Shown here piece by piece: positions 36,701 to 56,070 of a stretch of 64,000 nt of DNA (positions are counted from its first letter, which is position 1; each line of letters opens with the position of its first letter). Both the position numbers and the translations under genes were made by a program. The notes under the pieces were generated by a model, which was not told where the DNA came from, made no database searches, and saw only the letters and a list, made by a program, of their open reading frames with translations. This DNA is from Lama glama (taxonomy: Eukaryota). The stretch is from contig CM052832.1 in assembly GCA_028534125.1 (NCBI GenBank), forward strand, positions 9,798,001-9,862,000. The letters are read 5' to 3'.

Positions 36701-37472
36701 CAGTGTTTTTCAAATTGCAGCTCATAACTCATTAGAAATCAATTTAGTTGATTGAAACTAGCACTTTAGAAATCAATAAGAGTAGAAAAATTAGTGTTCA
36801 TTACATGCACTATAGATTAGAATTTTCATTGGGGTGAAGCTTTTGTTTTAGTTATATGTTGTATATATGTGTACATAAGGCTATAGTGTAACTTGTATTT
36901 TTAGCTGTGGGTTGTGGTAAAAAAAAAAAGTCTCAAGGGCTCAGCTCTGGTGATCAGGCCTCTACTTCCTTTAGTGGGCCCCTCTACTATACTCCAGCCT
37001 CACTGGCCCTATCACTTCATCTTTCTTACCTCAGGTCCTTTACACATGCTATTTTGACTACCAGAAATATTCTTTTCTCACTCTCTTCACTTGCCTAACT
37101 TGTATTCATTGCGCAAAACACAATAATGGATCACATTATCTCATTCCCTCAACAGATGGGGAAACTGAAGCTCAGAGAGGTTAAGTGATTTGCCCAATGT
37201 CACACAGCCAGCTAGATGTGGGCTGGGGTTTGAACCTAGTCTTCTCTGATTTCAGAGCTCAGATTTTTCCTTAACCCATGAGACTTACCTGCTAACAGCT
37301 TCACTCCTTTCCTCCAGGTCAGTGCAGTAATGGTCTCGGGGGGTTCCAGCCCACATACCTGCTCTCAGAGAGCAGCCAGCCCCTGTGGCTCCCTGACGAC
37401 ATCTTCCTGAGGGTCTGCTACTCCATCTGTGATGTGGGCAACAACAAGGTGGGCCTGGCCGCTGCTAGATAG
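33793..37472 (+). pseudogene. Unprocessed pepsinogen C-family (aspartic protease A1) pseudogene; remnant exons ~33793-33830, 33940-34055, 34170-34292, 34422-34619, 34860-34977, 35177-~35324, 35738-35835, 37318-37472
   Basis: Exon remnants are colinear with PGC exons 2-9 and of near-identical length: VP.RFKTI.EVM; TYFYGDISMRTP.QNFMILFDTGSTNLW; KHTLFQPEQPST..VLGFHTVT; IQGLAITNHGFGLS..QFDGIKGLA; GEVSWSPVV..YW; VTDWCSPGCVAVMDTGISLIIVP; QSLPTVTCTIKGIHFP; PTYLLSESSQPLWLPDDIFLRVCYSICDVGNNKVGLAAAR*. Frameshifts, in-frame stops and mutated splice sites are present. Confidence 0.9.
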
Positions 37473-39754
37473 ACTGGCTCTGCCTAAGTCCTTGGTCAGA
37501 GGCACGCCCTCTGGGAAGCTAGGGAGCCCCCATTTTTTCACTCACTCCAGCCAAACTCTGTTTCTCAGGACTGAGCACTGAGAGACCCCAAATGAAGCAG
37601 CTATAGGCTCTGCCTTTGGGTTAAATGGAGGGGGGTCAGATCACTTTGACTTTCATGCCCACTCAGTATAGGTCATTGGGTCCCAAATATGTCATTCAAA
37701 TACCACCCTGATGATTTTTGTATTATCTGCATGTGGCCACTGGTTAGAATCTGCTGATGTGGGGATGCGGGAGAGGCCACGCCAAGTCTCCCTGCCAGCT
37801 CTCCGGCTTGTGCAAGGCGCCATTTCTGGAGATGTGGGACAGTAGTTCAGGAGGAGGTTGAGCTGGCAGCGTGGACAGAGCCAGACAGGGCACCCCCGCT
37901 TGGCAGGACAACTGACCCTGTGCTCACTGTGTTCCCACCTGTCAAATGGAAATGGCCACCTCTGGGCAGTGCTTTGGTAGGAAGAACAGGCTGGGAGTTT
38001 CTGACTAGATTTCACATCTAGGAGACTGCCCCTCCCTGTGGGGCCCAGGGCTGGAGAGGAGGAAGGGAGGGAGAAGTCGGACACCTAGACTCCAGGGTGG
38101 GGGCCCCCCTGGGCCCTCGGGTAACTGCAGGCTCTGCCCCTCTGCACAGTGGCCTGCCTGGGAGACTCAATCTTCGGTGACAAGGATTTCAGGCTGCAAT
38201 CTGCCGCTTCCTGACATTTGTCAGTTAGGAGGGTGTCACGGACACCTATGAAATCATGGCTGTGATGTATCTGATACACATCTGAGCTGAAATCTATTAT
38301 AATCAGTACACAGCTATGCAGAAAAGACATGTTCATCCTCATTGCCCCTAAAGTCATCTCTGCTTCTCTGCTGAGGACGACAGTGCTATCACGGATGGAT
38401 GTGCAGTGTCTGCATTGGCCCGGGACTCCCTGAGCAAGGACTGCCTCCCCACTTCACCTTTGGGGGAATCTCTGAGGACAGATGTTCTGTCTCCTTGCTT
38501 CTCTTCCTTCTAAAGGACTTTAGAAAACTTTCACTTGAGGCTTAATACACATACATACAGAAAGGCGCATGTATCATGAGTACAGAGCTCACTGACTTCT
38601 CACAGACCCACGCGACCGGAACACCATCAGCCCTCCCCAGAGGTCCCTTTTCTTCTTCAGTCCCTGACCCCAGCCCCCTGCCCGATTTAAAGAAAAAGAT
38701 TCTAACTCAGCTGGTATTTATGGAGGGCATGCTATGTGCTAGCACTTTTATAACCATGGTTTTATTGGATTATTTCAGCAACCCTGAGGGGCAGACGACT
38801 AACCTTGTCTTACAGTCAGGGAAACTCAGGCTCACAAAGGATAACTTAAGTGTCGGGGTCAAAGGGTCAGCCAGTGGTGGAGATTGATCTTCTAAAGTCA
38901 ATTCCATATCACATGTCACCATCACATTCTTTAATATGTGCAGAGAGAGGGGAATGAAGAGTTAGAAGGAAGGCCCAGAGGTCATCAGAAATAAATCTGC
39001 ATGGACATCTCTGAGGTTATTTGCCCCAAAACATCCCTTACTTCTTCTGGGAGCTTATCCTGTTTACATTCTTCAAGATGCTTCCTGAGATGGCTGCCAC
39101 GTTCCTACAGAGCTCTGCCAGCTGGCCACACGTGGTTGGTTCAGGGGTGGGTACCTAACCAAAGAGGCGCCAGAGAGCTTTCTTGGGAATTTGGTCTCAT
39201 TCTTTCTCTGGAAATGTAAAACTCAGCTGCAGTGGCCAGTTAGGAGAAATCCAGCCTACAGTGAGGGGGTGGGGAGAGAGAGAGAGAGAGAGGAAGTAAG
39301 AATGAGAAGCAAAGGTCCTGATGGTGTTTGGATCCCAGACTCCAGTTGATCCCGAGGCTCTGCCTCATCCTTCCCCTTCCTGCAGCTGGGCTGCAGTATG
39401 ACACACCTTGCCATCCATCCAAAGCATCCCCTTTCCACCTAAGCCAGATAAGAAGCTGTTGTCTGCTAGCAAAGGTACATTTATCAATAGATCAGAGAAA
39501 ACAACAATCTGGCTATTTATCCATTTACACACAGAGAGATCAGTTTCCAGCTATTTGAGGTATAGATGCATAAAATGGACTTTTCTGGGGAATGGGGATA
39601 GGGTAACCTACCTTGTGGGGTTTTGGGGAGGTTGTCTAATTAAACAAATATAAAGTACCCTGCCTGGCACAACTTCAATGATGGGGTATTTTGGTAGGGG
39701 AGGAAGAGCCTATTTTAAAACCTTGAACCTAACTCTTCCTTACAGTAGAATTCT

Positions 39755-40535
39755 AATTAATAAATGTAGAAGGAATGATGGGAATAGAAAACACTGTTAG
39801 GCAAGCATCACAATAATGACTATTGTAGGTAAGAACCAATAACAGATATTCAAACTGGTGGGCAGAAGAATGATGAGACCCGGGATACTTGCGTGGTCTC
39901 AAAGTGTCTCTTCAGAAGACACTTATTCATTATCAAGGGAAAGACAGTTGCTGTAGAGTAGAGAAACCTGGTAGACCTCACCGTAACCAAGTTACTAAGG
40001 TTGACTCACCAGTAATAAGACCCACCCACAACACGTACCTCCTGAGATCATGCACTGAAAAGGGTATATCACCTCGGTGGCTTCTGCTCCAAAATGCACG
40101 CCCTCAATCTCATCATGAGGAAACATCAGAATAACCTAAACTGAGGGACATTCTACAAAAATAACAATGAGTGCTTTTTTAGAAGTAGCAAGGTCATAAA
40201 AGACAAAGAAAAACCAAGGAACTGTCACAGATTAGATTAAGGCATGAAAACGAAATGTAATATGGGAACCCAGATTGGATCCTGAATCAGAAAAAGGACA
40301 GTAAAAAAAAAAAAAAAAAAGAAAAAGGACAGTAGTGGGGAAACTCGTGAAATTCAAATAAGGTCTATAAATTGGTTATTAGTATTAGATCAGGGTTAAT
40401 TTCCTGGGCCTGATCAGTGTACTATGGCTATGATGTAAGATGTTAGCATTAGGGGATTCTGGATGAGAGGTATACAGGAACTCTCTGTACTGTGTAACTT
40501 TTCTGTAAGTCAAAAATTATATCAAAAGAAAAAAA
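39755..40535 (+). mobile_element. Old L1 (L1MC-type) 3' region fragment
   Basis: Characteristic segments such as aatcatgaggaaacatcaga, tggatcctgaatcagaaaaaggaca and ggtatacaggaactctctgtact..ttttctgtaagtc..aattat; subfamily assigned from memory. Confidence 0.65.
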
Positions 40536-43500
40536 AAGCATAAATCCTTGAACTTGGGGAAAAAAAACCCTCAGATCCAGTTTGTCCCCAGTAGGTTTGA
40601 TTGAATTAATGATGTAAGTATAAAACAAAATGTAAGGAAAAAACTATGAAACCAAGTTGATAGTGGACTCTGTACCTAAAATTTATATAGACAGCTGCCA
40701 AAGATGTAAGGTTTATAAAATACCTATCCCCAGAGATGAGGCGAGGGCTCTTAGCTCTGTGAACTTACCGCAGGGGTCAGAATAGACAGAGGAACTCAGA
40801 CCCCTAGCCCCATCTCACCCACTGCAAGAGATCTCTCTTCTAGTGTTCCTCGAAAAGTGCTCCTTTAGCCTCCGCTTGAATGACTCAGGTGATGAGAACT
40901 TCACTACTCTCTTCCTTTGGTTGATGTTCAGTCTGTGCCCAAGTGCTCTGATGGAAATGAGAAATTAGAATCAACCCACATGAACAGGGCTAGGTAATGC
41001 TAGCTACCGAGATGTTAGAGCACTGTGCAGCCACTGGACGTGATAAGAACATGGCTTATCTCAATTCTCGGAAGTGTGTACATAGTAATCTGAAGTAACA
41101 AGAGCAGAAGTAGCATTTACAAACTGATTACAGCAATGTCAAAATCTAAGTGTGTACATTAAGGGCCAGAAGATAATTTAGTCATTTAGAATGGTGCAGA
41201 GAGTTGCAGTTTCAAGTTGCCTTGAATTTTTTTAAAGTGGTATATGTATAGAATTCAAAATGAAATTTTGTATCCAGAATTTAAAAAACAGAAACACCTC
41301 TATTAACGGACTTGGGAATTGTCATGTCAAGACTGAGAATGGTGGTGTGGAGCACTAGTTTGGGAAGAATCCTAAGGCCGTGTCTCAACACCATGGGCAA
41401 GAGTGATCTGTTTGATTAGTGATGCCTGCCATGGGTGAAGAATTAACAGTGGCAGTGAGCATGCTAGTAGCTGTCATCTCATTGAGACACGCCCAGCAAC
41501 CAGTGTCACTTTTATAGTCACTCTGAAAGGTGAATGAGCTGTTTAAGGAGCCATGTGAAGGAAAAAACCTCTTCTTCTGGTGACAAGTGGTGGGATTTAA
41601 GGCAAGTTACTGGGATAGAAGATGGTATAAAATAAATACCATAAGGGGAGGAAAAGCAAAGTCCTCCATGAAGGGACCAGTTTGAGAGTGGGTGGGCACA
41701 GGAGGGAAGGCTTTGTGGCATTCTTACTGGTTCTTGAAGGATGAGGGGATTTTGCAGGTGGAGATGCTCGGGAAAGGTGTTGCAGGTGGAGGGCCTGCAT
41801 GGATAAAGGCATGGAGGCTCAAAAACAACAGGCCTCCTTGGGAGCAAGCGAGGAGGTCGTGATGGCTGGAGCACAGAGCGTGTACAGGCTAGAAGTAGAA
41901 GATGAACATGGACATGCAGGGAGGGGCCAGACTGAGTGTGTCCTGAAGGCCAGGGTGATGAGTTTGGATTTTATTTATTTGGTCCCAGGGAGGCTTTGAT
42001 GAGTTTTGAGAGAGGTGGTGCTTAGAAGGAGAGGAGACCAGAGGTGATAAGAAAATGCCTCTTTCCTGGGAGATCATCACTATGAGAGGACCCCAGCCCC
42101 TGGATTTTGACACGATCCCTTTGGAGCATGGGGTGGAAATCAGAGCCCTGGGATACTGGGGTGAGGGAGATATAATCAAGCCCCATGGAGAACAGTCCCA
42201 TGGACTCCATCTACTGCTCAGGATTTCCTGAGCTCTGGGCCAGGTACAGGGAGGGGAGAGCTGCAGTCTCTGTCTTTTAGAAGTTTCTAGTCTATGGAGT
42301 GAGGAAATATACCTCTGGAAACAACTGGAAACCGATCCTAGACAGGGTGTGATCTGTCACCAAGGGGAGGGCCCCAGCTGGGTGTGCAGTGTTTAGGGGT
42401 AGACGATAAATTTGGTGGGGAGCCAGTAGGTCAGGCTTCCTGTCCTTGGTGGGAGGTAGCTCTGGATGACTTCTAAGATTTCCTCAGACTCTGTGCATCC
42501 CTGGCTCTAGGAGGAGAAGTCCTGAAGGATGGGCAGAACATGGACACGTAGAAGGAAGAGAAGTGGGCTTTCCAGGAAGGGGAGGCTGGTGGATAGTGGG
42601 GCAGGCCAGGGCAGACAAGGACTTAGGTTGTATGGGGATACCGAGCTGTCAGGTCAGGCTGGATAGGCAGGGGCTGCAGAGCTCAGGGCCTGGTAGCCAA
42701 ACAGGGTGCCCTGGCTCAATGCAGTAGGCCAGGGCTACCCAGAAGGGATGTGATGTGACTGGAATTTGGGGACAGTTAGCCTACAGTCATCAGACTCCTA
42801 GTGTCCTTCCAGATAAGGAAAGAGTCCTTGGAGGCCCATGTTGGGGAGTCTGGTTGGACTCATAAGACTTAGGGGACCCCATGGATTCTGCTATATTCAT
42901 CCTATGAATATAGGATGTGGCATGATTCCAAGGATCCTATGACTTTCTTTTGCCTACTCTTCCAAATCTGCAGATTCTCCCACCCCAGGGAAAGGACTCC
43001 CCCCTTACCTTGCCTTCCACCCAAGTCCAACGTGCCCCTGGAGACTTCAGGGAGGAATGCAGGGAGCTGATTGGTCCTTGAGACACAATCAGGCCGGTAC
43101 CTCTTTCTCTGCGTGCCAGGCCCAGGCAGACTGCTTGTGCCCCCAACATCCTCCATTACAGGGCTTGGGGAGGCTCTGGGGCTCTGGCTGGGCAGTGGCT
43201 GGACAGGCCTGCCAGAATGGAAAGTCTCCACTGGCAGGCCTGGTTTTGGCCTTCTGCCTGGGGCTCAAGGGCCTGACAAATCTCTTTGGAGCCCTGAGTG
43301 AGGGGTACAAGGTGGCAGAGAGGGTACTGGCATGGGGACTTTTTTCACTCACCCCAAAATGGAGAGTTCTCCTGTGCCAGGTAAGAGGATGCTGGGCCAG
43401 CTCCAGGTCACCTCAGGCAATGAGAAACTTGGAGCAGGGCATCAGGGAGGACCCGAGGGGGAGGGACCGAGGACACAGCAGATCAAGCTTGGGAGCGGAA

Positions 43501-44029
43501 GAAAGGGCAACAAGGGCTGGGGTAATGGGGGACAGAGGCACTTTAGGAGAACTAAAGACACGGGCAGAGATGCAGTGGGACAGAAGGAGAGAGACGATGA
43601 GGTACAGAAGCAGGGGCCTGCATGTCCCCTCTTCCCGTGCCCCTGCCCCGGCCTCCTGCTGTTCCAGACTAGTGCGAGAGGCACAACCAAAAACCAGTGC
43701 GGCTTACACTGTGGGTATGTCCTGAGCATTTGCTGATTTAGAATAAAAATTTCTTCAAATTGCTCCTTTTAACCAGGAAAGCATCCAAAGCTTCCCCAGA
43801 CAGCCCTGATTTCAGCCACTGGCGATCCAGCCCTGCACTAACAATACCGCCGTCATCACCACCATCAGCATCACTCTCAGCACCTCCGTTACTCCATCAT
43901 CATTACCATTATCTTAGCTACTGACCCCATCATCCCCCAGACACCGCTATCTGCATCCCTCAGGGACTTGGGGATGCTTGCTGGAACGAGGACTTGAATC
44001 AGAAACTCTGAGTGAATCACCCATAGACT

Positions 44030-44200
44030 AGGGATCCTCAACGGTTTTGCTCCTGAAAGGGACATTTGGCAAGGCCTGGAGGCATTTGTGGTTGTCACAA
44101 CTGGGGAACTGCTGCTGGCATCTGGTGGGTAGAGGCCAGGGATGCAGCTAAACATCCTACAGTGCCCACAAAACAGAGCTTTTTGTTCCCAAATGTCAGA
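44030..44200. mobile_element. MER20-like DNA transposon fossil upstream of PGC promoter
   Basis: gggacatttggcaa..tggttgtcacaactgggg..ctggcatctggtgggtagaggccagggatgcagctaaacatcctaca; closely similar copy at 63815-64000. Confidence 0.75.
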
Positions 44201-44214
44201 AGTACTTGTCTGCA

Positions 44215-44560
44215 GATCATATGGCCCTCACTCTACCCTCCTCTGGCTCTCACCCCAAAATGCCCACATCACACCTCTGGTTCCCGGACGAGGAGTGATC
44301 TTTGCCGCTCTACCTTACGGAGACTTTGTTCTCTTATCGCTGGCACCTCCTGGCCTCCATGTTTGGACTGAAAAGTCAATAAGATGAAAAGTCCTTTGCA
44401 GCCACCGTCGCAAGAGAAAACAGAGAAATAATTGATACGTGGAGCCCAGGGTGCGCCCAGGACGGAGGTCATGCTTGCCGAGAGCAGGGAGACAGGGCCT
44501 GGGCTGGGTCCCGGGGGTATAAAGGAGGAAGGAGTACTACTCGGGCCCTCACTGTGAGTG
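44215..44560 (+). promoter_or_regulatory. PGC proximal promoter with TATA box
   Basis: TATAAA 44518-44523, 85 nt upstream of the ATG; GATA (CTTATC ~44333) and CATATG E-box 44218-44223. Confidence 0.75.
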
Positions 44561-44602
44561 ACGGCACAACTTCGCCGCTGCGGCCAGTTGGGAATCAGCA
44601 TC

Positions 44603-52702
<8,100 letters not shown>

Positions 52703-52825
52703 ACTCAGGGCCTGGATGCCTGGGCTCCCTCCTCCCTCTCGGCCCCCTGCCCCATGTGGGGCTTTCTCTCTGTGCTTCTGCTCTGCATTCAGCCTTCCTT
52801 CTCTGGACTCTGGACTTTCTCTAAC

Positions 52826-52831
52826 AATAAA
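52826..52831 (+). terminator. PGC poly(A) signal
   Basis: AATAAA 124 nt after the stop, followed by GT-rich sequence. Confidence 0.85.
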
Positions 52832-54099
52832 TAGTTCTTCTCCACATTGGCCAGCCTGTGTTTCTAGAGGGCAGTTGTAGTCTGTAAGGCAGCTCCTGGT
52901 CTCAGGGAATGGGGAGAATGAGAGTCAGAGGCAAATGTGCCTGTGCTGGACCATGTTCTCCTTGAGTTATGAGGTTTCCAGGGGGTCACTGAGATTCTAA
53001 GAGAAATGGGGCACAAGGTAGGGCTTAGGGATGGGCTCTGTACCCCCCAGAGCTTGGCATCTGTTCACAGCTTCTCTCTAGGGAGGGATGACAGTGGGAG
53101 CAGTGGCATTGAGGCAGGGCATTCCTTTGTGATGGACAAATTGAAATGCTCTGCTGCTTAATTTACCAGACAGCCTCCAGAGTTACCCCATGCATGTCCA
53201 CTAACAGTGTAATTAGGGGTCCAATGCCTCCCAAATCTTAGGCCTCCATCTCTCTATCTGTGATCAAGTTTGCAGAGGAGCTTTCAGAGGAAGGCTAGAT
53301 GCCAACGTGAACCTGTAACAGTCGTGGGTCCCTTAGGGAGGAGAGTGATGCCACCAAAGCCTATTTCCAGGAGGGCTTCCGAAGGTCTTCAGCTGATCGT
53401 ATTTGCACGCAGATCCCTGTGTCCCAGGGCCTGTCTTTGAAGAAGGGCTATCTCTCAACCATGGACAAGAGGGATAGCTACTTGAATCACATGAAAATCA
53501 AGCCCATTTGTTCTAACCAACTGAGCAAGAGGTCTTGTCCCTCTGGACTTCATCCCTGTCCTCCTTAGGACCCACCCAGCAAGACCCAGAAACCTGAGGC
53601 AACGTGGTGTAGGGAGGTATGGGGGAGGCAAAATCAGAGAATGATAGCTCAGCACCCTGTAACTTCCAGCAGGGGAAGATGACATGAAAGGTCAGAAAAT
53701 TTCTGTTCAGCAACATGGTGGGGGGCGGGTGGCGTGGGGTGAGGTAACTGCATGCTCGGAAAGATTAAGCATGGGGAGGGGGGCGGTTATAAATGGAGTG
53801 CTCATGATGGGAGGGGAGGCAGGCTCTATATTATAGTCATATTTCACTTTGTCCTTCACCAAGCTGAGCAACCTTGTCCGTATGCTCAAAATCAAGGTCT
53901 GGTACCAAACCAGGAGGGAAACTGAGGTTTGCACAGAGGGGTTTCTATGGCAACATCACACCATCTGGGACCCTACATCTTTCCTAGACTCCAGGAAAGC
54001 CAGCCTGCTGCAGGCCTCTCCCTCGGGTCAGACAAGCCACAGGATGTATTGTAGTGGAGCTGTGATTCAGGACATCACTAATTGAGAAGAGAAAGAAAC

Positions 54100-56070
54100 G
54101 TTACAAAAGGGGCAGAAACGAAGCGGGACAAATTTTCCAAATTAAACGCCAAGTTCCTACGGAGGCCTGAGCCCACACAGCGGGACTACAAATCCCGGCG
54201 AGCCTGGCAGAGCCGCAGAGAGGACTACGCTTCCCAGCCGGCGCCGCGGCAGGCCGGCCAGGGGCGGAGCGGGGCGGGGCGCGGCCGCGGTTGTTGCGTG
54301 CTGCCCTCTGCCGGGCGCGGCGGGAAGTTGGTAAAGAGTGACAGCAGGAGCCCCGGCGCCCGGCGCGGGGCTCGGTGACAGCGGAGGCGGCGGCCGCGGG
54401 TTGGACGTAGAGAGCGGCGGCGGCGCCGACGGCAGAGGGAAGGGCAGACGGGGCGGGCCTCCCTGGTGGCGCGGAGCCGGAGGAGCCCGGGAGGGGGCGG
54501 CCAGCGCAGCTCTCGGGCCGGACACCTGAACTTGGGACAAGTTGCCGGAGCCGCGGGGCGCGGGCGGCGGACGGATTGACCTTCAGAGCTAGGTGAGCGG
54601 GGCCGGGGGGCAAAGGGTGCGCGGAGGGCCCGGAACCCCCGACCCAGGCTCCCCGGCTCCGATCCCGTGGGTTCGGGAGACAGGTGGGTGGGTGGGGGTG
54701 TCGGCTGGAAAAGGGAGCGAGACTGTGAGCGCCCGGCTGCCGCCCGCCCCGCTGTCCGTCTAGCCCGGGACGCCCGGCGCATGGTCGGGGCGGCGCTGCC
54801 CGCGGATCCTGAGAGCCCCTCCAGCCCCTCCCTTCAGGCTCGGGCCGGGGGGCGTCTTCTCTGCGACCTTATGTAACCAGGCGGGAGGGGCCGGAGCGGG
54901 CATGGGCCTTCCCGGCCGGGGAACTGGGAGTCGAAGAGGCGGGAGGCGTGGGAGCGAACTTGCAAGAAGTTTGAGGGCGTGTGGGCTCGGCGCCCACTTC
55001 TTCTCCACCGGACGCGGCTGGGGCGGGTGGCACTGGGGAGGGCGCCGGAGGTAGGGGAGGTGTGCGGGGGCCGAGTCCGGCCGGGCCAGGCCCTGCCTGG
55101 ATGGTCCGGGGGAGTGGGAGGGCCGGAGCGGCGCCACGCCCCGGAGGCTGGGCTGCGGGGGTTGGTGGTGGAAGTACCATCCCTCCCTCCCTTCCCGTCC
55201 CTTCCTCCCTCCTCGGTCTCTCGAAGGAGCCGCCCCTGCCCGCGTACCCCGGTATCCCTGAGCGCAGTCTTTTTACACCCCTTGCATTATTCCACGACTT
55301 TAGGGAATCCCAACCCCAGAGCTCACCCAGCGCACTTTCCTCTTTCTGCCTTCCTTGAGCTCCCAGCCATCTGCCCGCCTCCCCCCAACCCCGAGTTACC
55401 CCACTCCGTCTCGGTCCCGAATCCCGGAAAACACGCCCCCTTCCCCCATTCCCTGAGTCCACACGGCTCAAACCCAGGCTGCCCCCCCCCTCAAGCCAGC
55501 GCTCCATCTCTCCCCTCCCGGTACCCCAATCTGGTATTCGGCCGTAGCGCGTGCGCTTGCCTCCTCGAAGGGAGCGAGCTGAGGCCAGCTCGGCCCCCTA
55601 GCCCCTCGGCCCCCTCCCGCCCGGGGTTCTGGCTTCACGCACGGCTGCCCCGAGCTGCTCTGGGTTGCGCGAGCAGGTTCGCGCCGCAGCCGCCTGGCGC
55701 GCCCCGGCCCCGCGCCCGGGGAGAGGAAGGGAGGGAGGAGGGCTCCCGGGGCGGGGCTCGTCAGCGCCAGCGCCCGCACTGCCCAGGGCTCCCTTACCTT
55801 CTTCGTATTCCCTGCCAGCCCCTCACCGCGGAGTCCTACCCCGATCCCTCTCCACTCCTGCCGTCGTCCTCTAGCTGGCCTGTTCTGGGGGTGGTTCTGA
55901 GCGAACAGTTTCTGGACTAAACTTCGCGTTCGCTGGGGAAGTGTCAGTTAATTGCCGCCCGGCCCTCACCCCAGACGCTGAGAGAAGGATGCTTGGTCAA
56001 GTAGGGAAGGGGACAAGGCCAGTGCAGCGTGCGCGCGCGCACACACACGCGCGCGCACACACACACACCC
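54100..56070. promoter_or_regulatory. TFEB promoter CpG island
   Basis: About 2 kb of CpG-dense sequence, with GC boxes and two ACTAC..TCCC motifs (54185-54196, 54224-54237). Confidence 0.8.
56027..56068. repeat. Mixed (CG)n/(CA)n alternating purine-pyrimidine repeat
   Basis: gcgtgcgcgcgcgcacacacacgcgcgcgcacacacacacac. Confidence 0.9.

Noticed and set aside
43057..43736. 222-aa and 134-aa ORFs upstream of PGC
   Set aside because: No domain similarity or exon-like splice context recognised.
54082..55920. Multiple long ORFs (up to 313 aa) in the TFEB CpG island
   Set aside because: GC-driven open frames with no recognisable domain; exon 1 appears non-coding.
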